Shown here: piece by piece, positions 49,301-61,327 of the stretch | How positions within the stretch are numbered: the first letter of the stretch is position 1 | Layout: each line of letters begins with the position of its first letter | Source of the DNA: Lingula anatina | Lineage: Eukaryota; Animalia; Brachiopoda | Length of the DNA: 64,000 bases | NCBI GenBank assembly: GCA_051362555.1 | Contig: CM120647.1 | Coordinates: 17,212,651-17,276,650 of the forward strand | Direction of reading: 5' to 3' | Notes under the pieces: model-generated | Databases searched by the model: none | Seen by the model: only the letters and a program-made list of their open reading frames with translations | What the model was told of the DNA's origin: nothing | Made by a program: the position numbers and the translations under genes

Positions 49301-52168
49301 ATGATGTCTAGATGAGATGATAAAGCTGAGCCATACTGTACGTTTTTTACCCCTACCATCTATGGACCTTGTTCTCTGAAAAAATGAGTTTGCACCTTTC
49401 CATAGGTGTTTATTATTGCCGCGTACCCGTTCATCTGCTTAATTGTTTGAAGTTTATGATATATCTAATTTTTTTGTCATTCTGGATGTTTGTGTTGTAA
49501 GCTCAATTCCCCTTTACTCTATATAGTCACACTCTACATGTATGTATATTTTAACCTATGCAGCGGCATTTTCTCGCGCCAACCTGCAAGAAACAGCAAG
49601 TGCAACGAGACATTTAGTGTGGCGCAGGGATTACAAACGCGAAGAATATACATGTATGATAAAAATAATAATCTTCATTGCTTTAAGCTCATTATTCAAA
49701 AGACAGGCTTTAAGTAAGTATGTATTTGCAAATGAATGAATATTCCTGATCCAATGCTTTTCCTTGCAGCCGTGGCATGCCCAGCTACGTCGACCTTTAC
49801 CAATAACGTGCGGACAATCACTGGAACTGGCACGTCATACGGAAGCATTGTGACGTATGTGTGTAACCAAGGCTACGTCGTTCCAAATACCCGGATAATG
49901 CAACAACGGATGACGTGTCAACAGTGGGGCAACTGGTCCAGTACAGCGGTAGACTGTACAGGTATGGATTTATGTACGGCTGGACTTTGTAGGTTACTCT
50001 TTGGGGCTTAAAATGGGTTATAAGGTAACTTTGGTCATATTCTACGCATTTTGATTACTTCAGAGGCGCAAGTGTGGAACGGGCTCATTGTTATGTGCCA
50101 TCATTTTATTTAATTTTTGTGCCCCAGAAAGTGACTTGCCATTTATCCTTACATTGTATACAGCAAAGCAAAGTGCTGTTTTCATGAAACAAGAATTTAT
50201 TAAGGAGATGTTATACGTGTATTTGAAGCGTTGAATATATATATATATATATACCGTGTATATGCGATTACATTTTTTTAGATAAAATTTAACCAACTGT
50301 TAAACCTGCTTCAATTTAGTTTCTGTTTATTCAAAGTATATACTCGCATCCACATAGTCCTGTAACTTTATTTTAGCGGACTTCACGTTTGTTGGCTGTT
50401 TCGCAAATTCTGGAGGAAACCAACTCAATGCTATTTCTATCGATGTGTCCACCATTAACGACAACACAGTGACGAACTACGTTGACAAGTGCAGGAAACA
50501 TTGCCTTAGCAACGGATTTCCTATAGCAGGTACACGATTTTTTTTTTTTTTTTTGAGAAAACAATACTTACGTCATTTTAATTGAATTAATTAATCATTT
50601 GATCAGTTAATTAATCGCATTGAACATACAAGTAAATTGCATTATCTGAACTGTTAGATTCCAGGTATTTTCTCTGTGGTGAGATAAACTGACCCAACCC
50701 TGATTTACCATTTTTACTTCATTTTTTTATTTTATTTATTTATTTGTTTGTTTGTTTGTTTGTTTGTTTGTTTGTTTGTTTGTTTGTTTATTGCAAGACA
50801 ATGGAAGTAATTCACGTCAAACTCTGACCCTCATTCCTTTCAGGCATGGTAAATGGAGACACGTGTAAATGTGCCGCCTCTTACGACACTTCCGCTTCCC
50901 CGTTGCCAAGCACGTCGTGTAACACCGCGTGTACAGGTGGAGACCCCGGCTTCTGGTGCGGAGGATCTGGGACCAACAACATTATGATATTCAAGACGGG
51001 TATGAAAGCATGAAAAAAAAATAATTTTTGAGAAAAATGATGTTAGGCCTCACTATAATGTGGATTCTTGGGAATCGATTGTTATTTGTATTTGAATATA
51101 TTTTTGTATCTTTAAAGAGTTCAATAGTACGTGGGTGTATTGATTCGGTTCCTGAACTGTCATTCTCGTTCTTTATAAGAGAGTGGTTATAAAGATACAA
51201 TATAAATCTAATCATATCTGGGGCAGGCATTCAAAATTTGTGTCAAAACACCTGTAATTACTTTCAGTATTGTATGATGATAGAATTCCTGTATGTCTTC
51301 TCTCCAAACTGCCTATGCCAAAAAGCGCACACAACTAAAATAGTAATAAAATGAAATTAAACGGAAAATATATCCTTTCGGACTTTACATTATTGACGAT
51401 AGGTCATTTATCATTTAGTTATTATCCGGACCACGGAGAAAATAAATTTTAGATTTACCATGTTTCCCCTCAATAACTAAATGAATAAATGATTGGATTA
51501 CAGCAAATCAGTGCCCGCCTCTTACTCTCACCTTGGCTACGGCAAATACATCCCTGCACGCCATTGGTACGGTGGTGGGTATAACGTGTGACCCTGGCTA
51601 CATGTTTCGTGACACGGAGGCCACCACACGTGTCACTGAGTGCTTGGCCAATGAGCTATGGAGTGACGGTGTCCAATCATGTATGGGTAAGTGCATCATG
51701 GGATTGGTAAGCTTTGTTTTCCTCGTTGATTGATCCCGGGTTTCAGAATACATTTTTAGAATACATTTGATTAAATGGTATAAAATATGGAAAAGTGTGT
51801 TATTAAAAAGACCTTAACTGTGGTGGCTATTGAAAATATGATAACAAGCTAGTACTGTAGGAAATCCCCATCCATTTTTGTATGCTGTTTGGTTTCGAAT
51901 AACTTCCGTTTTAATGTAAAATGTTTGTATATTAGAAGACTTAATACTGTTTAGACAAAGGTCGCCATGCTGAAAATTTAAACGGTAAGTAATCTGTCAC
52001 TTTTTAGTACTAACCTCAGTTTTTTTCATTCTAAGTGTCTTATTAGTTTGACGTCCTATGTTGCACTTTTTATTGTTGTAAGAAAGTCTTAGTATGAATG
52101 TTGTTGCAGTGGAGACAGTTAGTTTAGATTTATGTCAGGGTGATAGTGCATTAGCATTAATACTGTGA
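19874..52168 (+). CDS. Gene B: giant secreted mosaic lectin-like protein (~2770 aa): SP-CTL-mucin-CCP2-WSC2-(FBGn-CTL-WSC)3-CTL-FBGn-CTL-WSC-FBGn-F5/8C(N)-FAMeT2-F5/8C(C)-WSC-CCP3-WSC-CCP
   Basis: acgATGg at 19874 gives signal peptide MVTRIFVTLLVSVNLLAPVNC. Hand-traced frame-consistent exons: 19874-19910, 20209-20488, 20961-21205, 21517-21801, 23559-23744, 23928-24119, 29375-29512, 29865-30056, 30323-30428, 30681-30769, 31078-31161, 31799-31906, 32264-32437, 32899-33129, 33554-33706, 33972-34100, 34493-34618, 35004-35405, 35942-36097, 36525-36626, 37006-37125, 37423-37596, 38130-38378, 38964-39236, 39612-39777, 40049-40254, 40592-40699, 40899-41103, 41476-41669, 42114-42380, 42632-42757, 43161-43272, 43469-43587, 43963-44421, 44731-45096, 45703-45801, 46619-46722, 47082-47223, 47451-47597, 48050-48184, 48471-48659, 49076-49258, 49770-49961, 50377-50529, 50844-50999, 51504-51686, tentative last exon 52110-52168. 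The sum is 8301 nt, divisible by 3. Confidence 0.85.
21517..21801 (+). repeat. Coding Thr-rich mucin-like repeat exon of gene B
   Basis: TTTQAPTT units repeated about 6 times at protein level; ACAACCACCCAGGCACC repeated at DNA level. Confidence 0.9.
21937..22334. mobile_element. CCGGTGT..ACACCGG MITE with GGTTAGGGTTAG core, containing a nested palindromic element (~22104-22312)
   Basis: Termini CCGGTGTAC.GTAACAG and CTGTTACACCGG. Inner element CCATAGAT(T)AGATCGA ... TCGATCTAAAATCTATGG resembles the 13681 and 46301 copies. Confidence 0.6.
24270..24441. mobile_element. MITE of the CGGTGTGACG..CGTCACACCG family
   Basis: Inverted CGGTGTGACG / CGTCACACCG and ACAGAGAGTCC / GGACTCTCTGT, with a central GGTTAGGGTAAG. 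Confidence 0.65.
25108..25329. mobile_element. PIF/Harbinger-type MITE
   Basis: TIRs GGGGTCATCCATTTTTTATCATCATTTTCA and TGAAAATGATGATAAAAATGGATGGCCCA, flanked by TTA and TAA. Confidence 0.75.
25401..26495 (-). CDS. Class A (rhodopsin-like) GPCR with a single coding exon, FMRFamide-receptor-like/orphan invertebrate type, nested in gene B intron 6
   Basis: 364-aa ORF with 7 hydrophobic segments. TM1 GLISN, TM2 LAGAD, TM3 LTVERVIIVYHPF, TM6 FLLLTWP, TM7 NHNTNFFLF, helix 8 FRDEL, N-terminal NMT sequon. Confidence 0.93.
   Translation of the reverse strand: MHGQGADKNMTQGTSRSYDYPELSSEQRCWLPLWTCWCTTLYNLTAIGLISNFLTFLVVLRRPSLRRKSSFVYILFLAGADQLRLLYFSYECITFDKTTKTPCTAKSVGKSLQTTFLFLSKLYVLALTVERVIIVYHPFRAASLCTRRKALMTCFALILLALGLSSPPLAMCYSSLETALNIRHAVLYTDIFGGLIISVAVGATTFAIVCKLKRNHFVRQRLSGGRQQTGRSGSTYNKTNTLLLTTLVAFLLLTWPFVGFEFYWQLSRGFIIRRGRPVERTSLGREILFLISLLNHNTNFFLFVASARIFRDELVSIFKSCFNYRRWNSETQTGCAAKVGHSLSERSASTLYVTKSSSSITTQM
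38592..38753. mobile_element. Short TIR element CAGGGGCGGA..CCGCCCCTG (hAT-like MITE)
   Basis: CAGGGGCGGATTCAG and CTGGACCCGCCCCTG termini; internal AAGACGGTCA x2. No clear TSD. Confidence 0.65.
45565..45622 (-). mobile_element. Severely 5'-truncated RTE-clade LINE 3' tail
   Basis: Minus strand encodes AEAFVQQWNTIGSK* followed by (TGA)n, the typical RTE ORF end. Flanked by the direct repeat ATAAATAAT (45556-45564 and 45623-45631). Confidence 0.7.
46301..46538. mobile_element. Palindromic MITE (same family as 13681 and 22104)
   Basis: CTCATTCC..GGAATGAG termini; GCGGGGACTCTCGCTGAATGCAATCAG pairs with CTGATTGCATTCAGCGAGAGTCCCCGC. Confidence 0.8.
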
Positions 52169-54052
52169 GGGTTTGGTTGATTCTTCTGTGGTGTCATATT
52201 TTGAACTGGAGGCGTATGTGTTGAAATGACAAAGAGTGACTTCGGTGACGATGAAAAGTTGATGACATACTATGTCCTTTGGAGAAAGAGAAGTTATTTA
52301 TCTTATATTTTGCCTGCCTGGTTGATATATTTGGTATCTTGGGAGCTGGTTAAGATGCGTATGGTGCATTCAGAGTTATTGACGGGAATGTGACGTGAGT
52401 TTCCTTGAATATGACGTATGTATCTTTGAGCGTGACGTAAGTTTCTGTGAACGTAACGAACGTACATGTGGTTGCTCGTATACCAATGATTGGATGCAAA
52501 TATTTAATGTTAATGCCCAACGACCTGATAAAATGTGAATATAATGATGCTGGTGGTACTGATGCTGATGCTGATGAGACCGTGACATTGACGACCAAAA
52601 TTCGGCACAGCAGTGACGACAGGACGACTCCACTTGGAATTAATGTCACACAATCCCTACAGAAGAGACTGTCACCTACTGTGTGCCAATACAAAGAACT
52701 CATGACAAAGATTCAGCGCAACTTCGGTGTGAAAATCGCAAACAGGCCGCTGTGAAACTTATATCAGACAAAACCTGCATTTTACGTTAAACTTCAAGTA
52801 TTAACTGATGATGACAAAAAAAGACAAAGTATTTACATCGAATCCACTGACACTGTTGAAGTAATGTACCAAGAGTGAACTAAGCCGCAGACATTGCATC
52901 GTGGAATAAATTCGTTGGAAAACCACAATGTACTGTTTCAAGACATGTCTTCCGGTCATCACGCCATGCAATTTTGTTATACATGTACACGTGTTAAAAG
53001 TCGAATATCATTGTTCAAAGAAAAAAGCATCCTTAATGGAAGATACGATGCTGTAGCAGAAGATATTTTGAGGACAGAATCGGACAGATTATTGGATATC
53101 GATTCTACATTTGACACTTGTCATTATCAATACTCAATAAACTTCACAATATTAAACAGTTCGATGTTTTGAGACCGGTGATATGTGAAGTCTAATAAGA
53201 TTGCTTTCTTTCATAAGACGATTATATCTGTTAAAGTCAGTACATACACACCTTTGTCAAATGTATAGGAATACGTCGATGTTCCGAATTTCTGAATGAA
53301 TTGAATCGATTCGTATATATTTTATGTATCCATTTTATGTATTAGTTAATTTCAAAAGATGAGTGATATTGCTGTTTACATTATATTGTAATTTTAATTA
53401 AAAGTCATGGAATCAGCAAGAATCTATCAAAGTATATGTGTTTATTTACATGAACATTATGACATAACAAAGAATGGTTTTTATTTTTTAATACACAGAT
53501 GAATACAAACTTGATTATCGCTGTACGTTATACAATGCAGTTGAATTATAAATTAAACAGAGGTAGAGCCGAACCTACACATACCACAATAATAACAATT
53601 TTATACAAAATAAGAAAATACAAATTTACACATGTACATGGTTTGACAAGAAACATCCTTAATGATTCAAAACTTAGAAATGTGAGACTTTCAGTTATCA
53701 GAAAATAGGGAGAACGGTAATTTCATTTCCTTTCCCTCTCGTTGTTTCAGTTAATTGGTTATAGTTATCGTAAATGAAAGAGTTATTCCCTTTGTATTAA
53801 ATTTAGCTTCAAATATTGCCATGAACGATAGATTTTACATGTCGTTAAAGTAGCTAGAATGTAGAAGACGCCGAAGAACAGTTTTAATTAATTATTCAAT
53901 CCTGTCATAATTTACAACTTTTGTATAAATACATTTCAGAAACGGTGCTTAGAACTGTTTTAAATGTAGCTCCTACTGTAGACATACACTCACACACACA
54001 TGAACACACGCACACCCACATACACACTTGCACGCTTTAAAAAAACATGCAG

Positions 54053-57000
54053 CTACGACGGTACGCTCTGTACATGTAACTTGAATCCGAGCTTGTTGGA
54101 AAAGTTATATGGATAGTTGGCCCGGAAGAGGACCAGTGCTTGATTCGACTCCGAGATTATGGCAGGGAATGTCAGAGTATGGTAAAAGCCGCAAAATCTA
54201 CAAATGAAACGATGTCATTTGATGTTAGTTGTAAGGCATGCCATTGTTATACATTTAAAATATAAATATACGAATACATTGAAATATAAAATTGTAAATT
54301 TTGTTGTTAATTGTTACATTATCAAGAACATTTAGATACCTGTACACTTATTCATCCATCAGATTTATGGTAGTGGTTATTGCATCATTCAATGCCACCC
54401 TGAAGTTTTTATATCTCAAGAATCCACGAAAGAGGTTATTATGCAATTTGCTTCTAGGTCAAACATCCCCTTTTTCTACTTCGTGCGTTCACTACTTAAG
54501 GCTCTAAATTCACATTACCAACACAGTGCCAGTAAGCAATATCAGGAGACAGTGCGAAAATGTGTCTCATTTAACGCTCACTTACGGTTCTCAGTCTGTC
54601 CTAGTACGTAATGTTTTTTTTTTCTCTTTTAACGAAATATATTCTTAATCTGTTCCCAGAAACAGTTCATGAACGGTTACATTCATTACAGACCAACATT
54701 GTAACTGTAAAAAAAATACACCAAATGTTCTAGAATAGATTGAGAACCGTAAGTGAACATTAAGTCAGACAGATTTTCGCAGGGTACATACCTTTGCCCA
54801 GTTCGACCGAAGTCGAGAGTATGTTTAATCTCCACGTAGTCTATACACAGGCCGGATACGTAGTGCGTTAATGCCATGGCGTAATACGTAGGAATTTTGG
54901 GTACGAATTCAAACAGAATTTTGCTACCAGGAGGTGACTAAAATATAAATTATATATATATATAGACATGTGTGCGTGTACTAGGGTATATTACATTAAG
55001 ACACGTAATTAGTTTATTTATATATGAGATATTAACGGTGTTAACCCAACGCCATGACGTGTTGTGTGCCATGAGTATCCCATGTCCTTTGTAAACTGTC
55101 AATAAATGTATACTGTTTACCCGGTACAATGAAAACACCATGCATCTGGATGAGAAAATAACTGTATGCAACATGTGGGGTGAATGGTTTACTCGTCTGG
55201 TAATACCATAAATTAAAGACCATTTTAATTTTTTTTTTTTTTTTTTTTTTTGCAACATTTAGAAAAGCCCCACCTGCTCACGCCCCAATGGCGTCGCTGT
55301 AAATTTTTTGGAAGCGATTTAAAAATCGATTACAGTTTTATTCATTACCTGTATCAGCCAGTTGCATTCCTGGAATTCTTTATAGGTTTGATAGACCAGG
55401 GCGCTGTTAGGAGACTCTATTGTCGTCATCTCTGGTACATTTGTTAATGTTATTTTCCATCCGCAAACATCTAATGAAATAAAGGAGTATCAGCAACCGA
55501 GTTTACTGTATATACCTTAGCAAAAAGTATTGAATACATAATAAGCAAGTACTCTCTTCAGACTGCCATCACAAATGTGTGCCATCACGACGTGAACATT
55601 GTGTTGAAAATTGCAATTAGTTCCAATGCGAAGATTTTACCGAGTTATCCAGTACCTACCCATCTTATGTGGTGCGGGTTCTGCACAGTAAGCAGATCCC
55701 TTTAAACCATCCGGGCACTTGCACTCATTGCATTTTACGGGGTCCTGGTAGCCGCCATTTTTGCATGTTGGTGCTGGGATTCCGTTACAAGTGTCTTTTA
55801 CGAAAAGTGAAAAAAATGACATATGAACACCACGACCTAAAGCGACTTCGCCATTTAAACATTAAACTATATTTTCTTCTTTACAAAATAAATTTGAAAA
55901 AAGTGCGAAACAAGTTAAAGGGGAACCTTGGGCATAGCGTGGCAAACTGAAACTGCAACTTGCAAACTAACAAACATATCTGCGGAAAATATGGAGAGTA
56001 GTTTACAGAATATACATTTTGTCGGGCTTTTCGCATCTGAATACGCACCTAGCAGTGTACTGGATATGCCTAGTGGTATTAAACTATTCATCATATTGAA
56101 ACACATTTTATCCAAAACTATTCAAACGCATGATTCATACCGAAAAACTAAACAATCTATGCATACCGGCACAATAAACTGCATTGATGACCTTTATATC
56201 GCCAAATGCCAGTTTGAACCTCTGTCCCATACTGTTCTTGTACACGCTTTCCATCGGCTCGATTGTAGTTGAGCTGACTGTCGTATTGGCAAAAGACTGG
56301 AATCCAAATATTTTTATTATAATTTTTACTATTATTATTATTATTATTATTAATTCATGAATGCAGTGGGCCAAAATTAATCATGAATTTCACTGCATAG
56401 TGTGGTCATTGGAATGATATTATATGAAGTTTTTGGTTAATCCATTTAATGTTTTGTTTTTCACAAATAGGACACTTTGTTTTGGGGTCTATATAGTAAA
56501 GCCATTTTTAATTCACTAATCAACATTACAAACAGGTAAATAGTCATCACTTAGATATAGCGCTCGACGTCAAAAAGCCCATAAATAGTTAACTTAAAAC
56601 GGTCACAATCGTCGGTAGTAAAATAGGATACTAGTGCTTACAGTAGGAACATAATGCATAATGGATCCATAGTCGTAAGGCGTTCCCTTATTGTCACCTT
56701 CTTGTTTGGCGAAATTCCCTTCCATCCCAGCTTTGATGGCGTCCCAGTTGATAACCACGTGTTTGTCTCTGTCATACCTGGTGTGCTCGTGCCACAGTCC
56801 CAGGGCGTGACCCACCTCGTGGACGATACGACCCACCTGGGAACACAGGAAACAATATTTTAATGCGGGTGCATTTGAATATTGCATGGTTCCACTTTTA
56901 ACCAAAGCTATTTAAATTTCATTTATTTCAATACTCCTCTGACTTATAACTTAATCTGAACACATTCTAAAATTATTTTATTACTTATATTAGTCTAGAA

Positions 57001-60000
57001 CGATTTTATTATGTGATTTCACTATGGGAATTTTGTGTGCGAATTTGTGTATGTATAATTTTATGTCTTTCAACCCTGAGGTAAATAAATAAATAAATAA
57101 ATAAACACTTACCCCCAAGAGCACATCAAAGCAAGAAGGGTCGAGGTTGACGGGTTGTGAGCGGGGATAGCCGGGGGTGTGGTACAGCATCCCAACGTAT
57201 GACCAGCATCTAGAAAAGTAAGAAAGAATGACGAAATATTTTCTCTCTGAAAGAAAAATAGGCACAGTTTAAGTTCCAAATTTAAATGAGTTTTACCCCT
57301 TTCCCGTCTTTTTGATATCTGGTAGACACGATTGAAATGATAACAAGACAAACCACTGCTTCGGTATCGCGTTCCTCTATAAAGTATAATAAAATTTAAA
57401 ATCGAATCATCGCATGCCGACGTCTGTTCTTAAGTTTGTGGTCAAGTTCATCCTCAATACAGTTTCAAGATTAAAAGGGAAACTTTCTCATTTTGAAATT
57501 TAAATAAAAGGGTAGTTTCTTCATATCTGCAGATATTTCCAGCGCATTTTGATCACTTCATTGTCGGCTAACGAGAGAAACGGGGATATCAGTCTCATGG
57601 TGACGCCACTTGAGTAAGTGAAGATCCCCGCCCACAACAAACATGAAAACATCAATGACGCCCCTGCTGTGATACACGTCACAATGGGCAGGAGATCTTC
57701 ACTTGCACCAGTGACGTTACCACGTAATTCATAGCCCCTGTCTCTCCTACAAATGACTAGAAAAACATTATTGTATTTATTAAAGGCACCAGAAAGTGAC
57801 GCTCCCTCTCACGCTACTCACCCATCCCAAGCTCCAGTGAAGTTCAGGTAGGTGCTGTCAGGAAGGCTGGAGGGAAGGAAATATTGGAATCGAATGCACG
57901 TGGCCTCCTCCCACGCAGCTAGGGCGGCCCTCACTACGTCACGTTGGGCTGTAGCTGGAATGCGTTACAAACTACATGATAAATGTACACATATTTCTTA
58001 TCGTTACTGTACGCTTCACAGAAGTATGGCATCCCGCCTCCATCCACGCCCGTTCACTATTTTCATCCACGTGCGATATTAATCAAGTCATTTAATTCAC
58101 ATTGGCTCCAGATCAAGTTTGGGCTGGGTTGGATCATGGTGCGATTTAAAACGTTGAGGAGAAAGGAAGAAAAGAAAAAGGTGGTTATTTTGCTAATGCA
58201 ATGTTATTTATGTTATATTAAGTCAATTTGTTTCAGAAAATATGATGAGATGTCGTTCAAATAGAGAATGCAATGCATTCATAGTTAAAAACATTGGAAT
58301 TCAATAATTACGCCTCTTCTAGAATTTATAATTTCATTACTTATAATTATAAAGAAATTGTGTACAAGTAATTATTATTTCTATTAAATATTAATGAAGA
58401 TGCGTGTGTGAGCTTCTTCCAAATGGGACGTGATTTTCACTCCCTTATATAGCTGTCCTTTATTTCCTTCAAAGAAGATCCTAAAATGGAATTAAAATAG
58501 CAACCGATATATAAAGCTGACAGCTAATTACACACCTCCTTTTTAGACCATAAATTCTGCCCACTTAAAAAAATGACATTGATAAGTGCTTGTCATGGTT
58601 TAAGTTTAACATAAAGCAGTTAGTAAGAAACACCCTTTTTATTGTTTGGTTCATATTTTTGTATATTATCATAAAAAGCACTTGAGACATACAATGAAAG
58701 TGCAAGCTTAACATTGATGGGAAGAGACGAGACTGGGCGTTTTAATTTACTTCTTAATTGATAATCAGATAATCTATATTCTGAGTACGTGGTATATGTA
58801 AGTAGTAATACTGACATATGCACGCACACACACCCAATCAATGAGTGCTTATGTTAAATATACAAACAGAGAGACACGTACACCGAAGATAAGGTCTTAC
58901 ATGTATGAAACATTTAGATTTAAACAAAAAGTAGACATAAAAAAGAAGCTTTAAGTCCAATTTAATATTTGACAATGATTAACATAATTAATGTATTTCG
59001 ATTACCTAAATGTAAATGCATAAAGCAATTTCCTTAACAGTAATTAACAAAAGCTATTCTTTTCATCGAGCACTGTTGGTAGTGCGGAAGCGTCTCCATA
59101 GTCCAAAGATTCATTGGTCCGAAAAATTGTAGCATTTTCATCAGTTTTTTAATCAAGGGTTCGTTGGTTCGAAGGTTCCATAGCGAACATTAGGACAAAT
59201 GAACCTTCGGACTAAGGCAAGGCACTTGTAATGATCACACTTGTCTTAAAGTTTAACCAGTAGTTTTTGGACTTACGAATAGGCCTTTTAGACGTCTCGT
59301 CAAAGGTGTATGGTATCGGCTTCCCCAATGGCCAGCGATTGTGAACCAATGAAATGCCTCGCCTTCGCCTCTGTCCGTGTCCCGTTAACTGCCTCTTGAT
59401 AGCCGCTAGCTGGACCGCAGTGTAAGCAATGTCACCCAGCACGTTGTCCGGTTCTTTGGATGTTTTCTGCACCTGGAAATTGATAGAAGCCCCATTTAAA
59501 TGGTGATGCACTGGCACCCCTCCTGTTAGGATATATCAGCGGCTTCCACTTACAGGAAGTTCAAAAGAAGCTGCACTTCTGCTGTATGTCAACCCGATCT
59601 GTTCTAAAATAATAAATTGGGATGTTTCCAAGTAAAACAATGTACTTAGAGTCACTTCACGAGGACAAGTAACCCGGACCCCCCCCCCCCCCCCCCCCCC
59701 CCCCAGCCACCACGGTGCCGCATCAACATATCACTGTAAGTTGCAATTTGATTTCTAAAAATTGTTGAAAATATTTGTTTTTAAAAATCAAATGGAGTAA
59801 ATATAGATTTTGGAAAAAAAACTCTGCTTCATGCATGAACCTGTGTTGCAATGACCATATGCAGGAATTCTATAAATTACAGATACTCCATGTAATGCAA
59901 AGTCAAAAAATGAGTGCGATAATGATAAATAGTGCCACCCCATCATGCTTTGTGGGAGAACGTATACGGGTTGTCGGGAAGCGCGGTTGCTATTGACTGC

Positions 60001-61148
60001 TAACGGTTTATGGCATAAAAGTTGCAAAAATTCTAAAACATTCCAAACCTGCACTGGTCTTTTATGCATCTTCATGGCAATGTTGTCGATATCCTTCTTG
60101 ATCAGTTTCACTTGTTCCATTTCTTGATCTGTGATCCCGAACACGGTTTTTGATAAAGGTACTTTGCTCTCTCCTTGTGCAACCTTTAAGAAAAAGGCCA
60201 ATACTGTAGTATCGTATAAAATAAAAATAACCAATTACGTCTTTAGAAACTATTAACAAAATCAAAACCAATGTCACAAAACAAAATACAAAGTAAATTA
60301 ACTTATAAACAAGACTTTACAAGGAAAAGTCGTTAAACGTTCAGGCCTACCCAACTACCAGATTCGGCACCTAAAGATCCCGAATTAACCGGTATATCGG
60401 ACCACACTACCCGTTTTCAAGGTGTGTGTCAGATTGCATTTCGGAGTATCAAACCCCAGAACAAATTTTGTAGGACGACCGCGGGCTCATCCACGCTCGG
60501 CTGTCACCTTGATTGGATAGTAAACGACTGTCGTAAAAATCATTACATGATTTTAAAACCGGGTGCATAAATTTAAAAACCACCTAGAACAACCTTAGAC
60601 TGTACTCTTACTTTAGAGTACTCTATTTTATTGTCTCTATGGGGGTATATGGGGACTTTACGACATTCGGTTTGAATGCTTTAACCACTTTTGATAGGGC
60701 TTTTTTGCATTGTATTAGATTAATGTGGCAGTCTAACGTTGTTCTAGGTGGTTTTCAAGTTTATGCACCTGGTTTTAAAACCATATAGCGATTTTACGAC
60801 AATCGTTTACTATCCAATCAAGGTGACAGCCGAGCGTGGGCTCATCCTGTCGGTGTTCTGACTGATACTCCGAAATGCGATCTGACACACACCTTGAAAA
60901 CGGGTAGTGTGGTCCGATATACCGGTTAATTCAGGATCCTTATTTGCCGAGTCTGGTAGTTAGGTAGGCCTGACGTTGCCAAGTAATCGCCTGCTCATCT
61001 TTTACCTGTAGAAATGGTCCAAATGTTCCCTGTTAGTAAAATGCGTTACCATAGAAATTGCACTGTATCAATTTATTTTTCCTTTGGGACACAAATTTTG
61101 TCAAAAAAAAAAGAAATGCTACCTAAAACAAACTTGTTTAGATTGTTC

Positions 61149-61227
<79 letters not shown>

Positions 61228-61241
61228 GCGCACGCACGCGC

Positions 61242-61327
<86 letters not shown>

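Noticed and set aside
52350-52755. ORFs of 85-117 aa on both strands
   Set aside because: No domain motifs or convincing splice context; probably gene B 3' UTR, although the terminal exon of gene B remains tentative.
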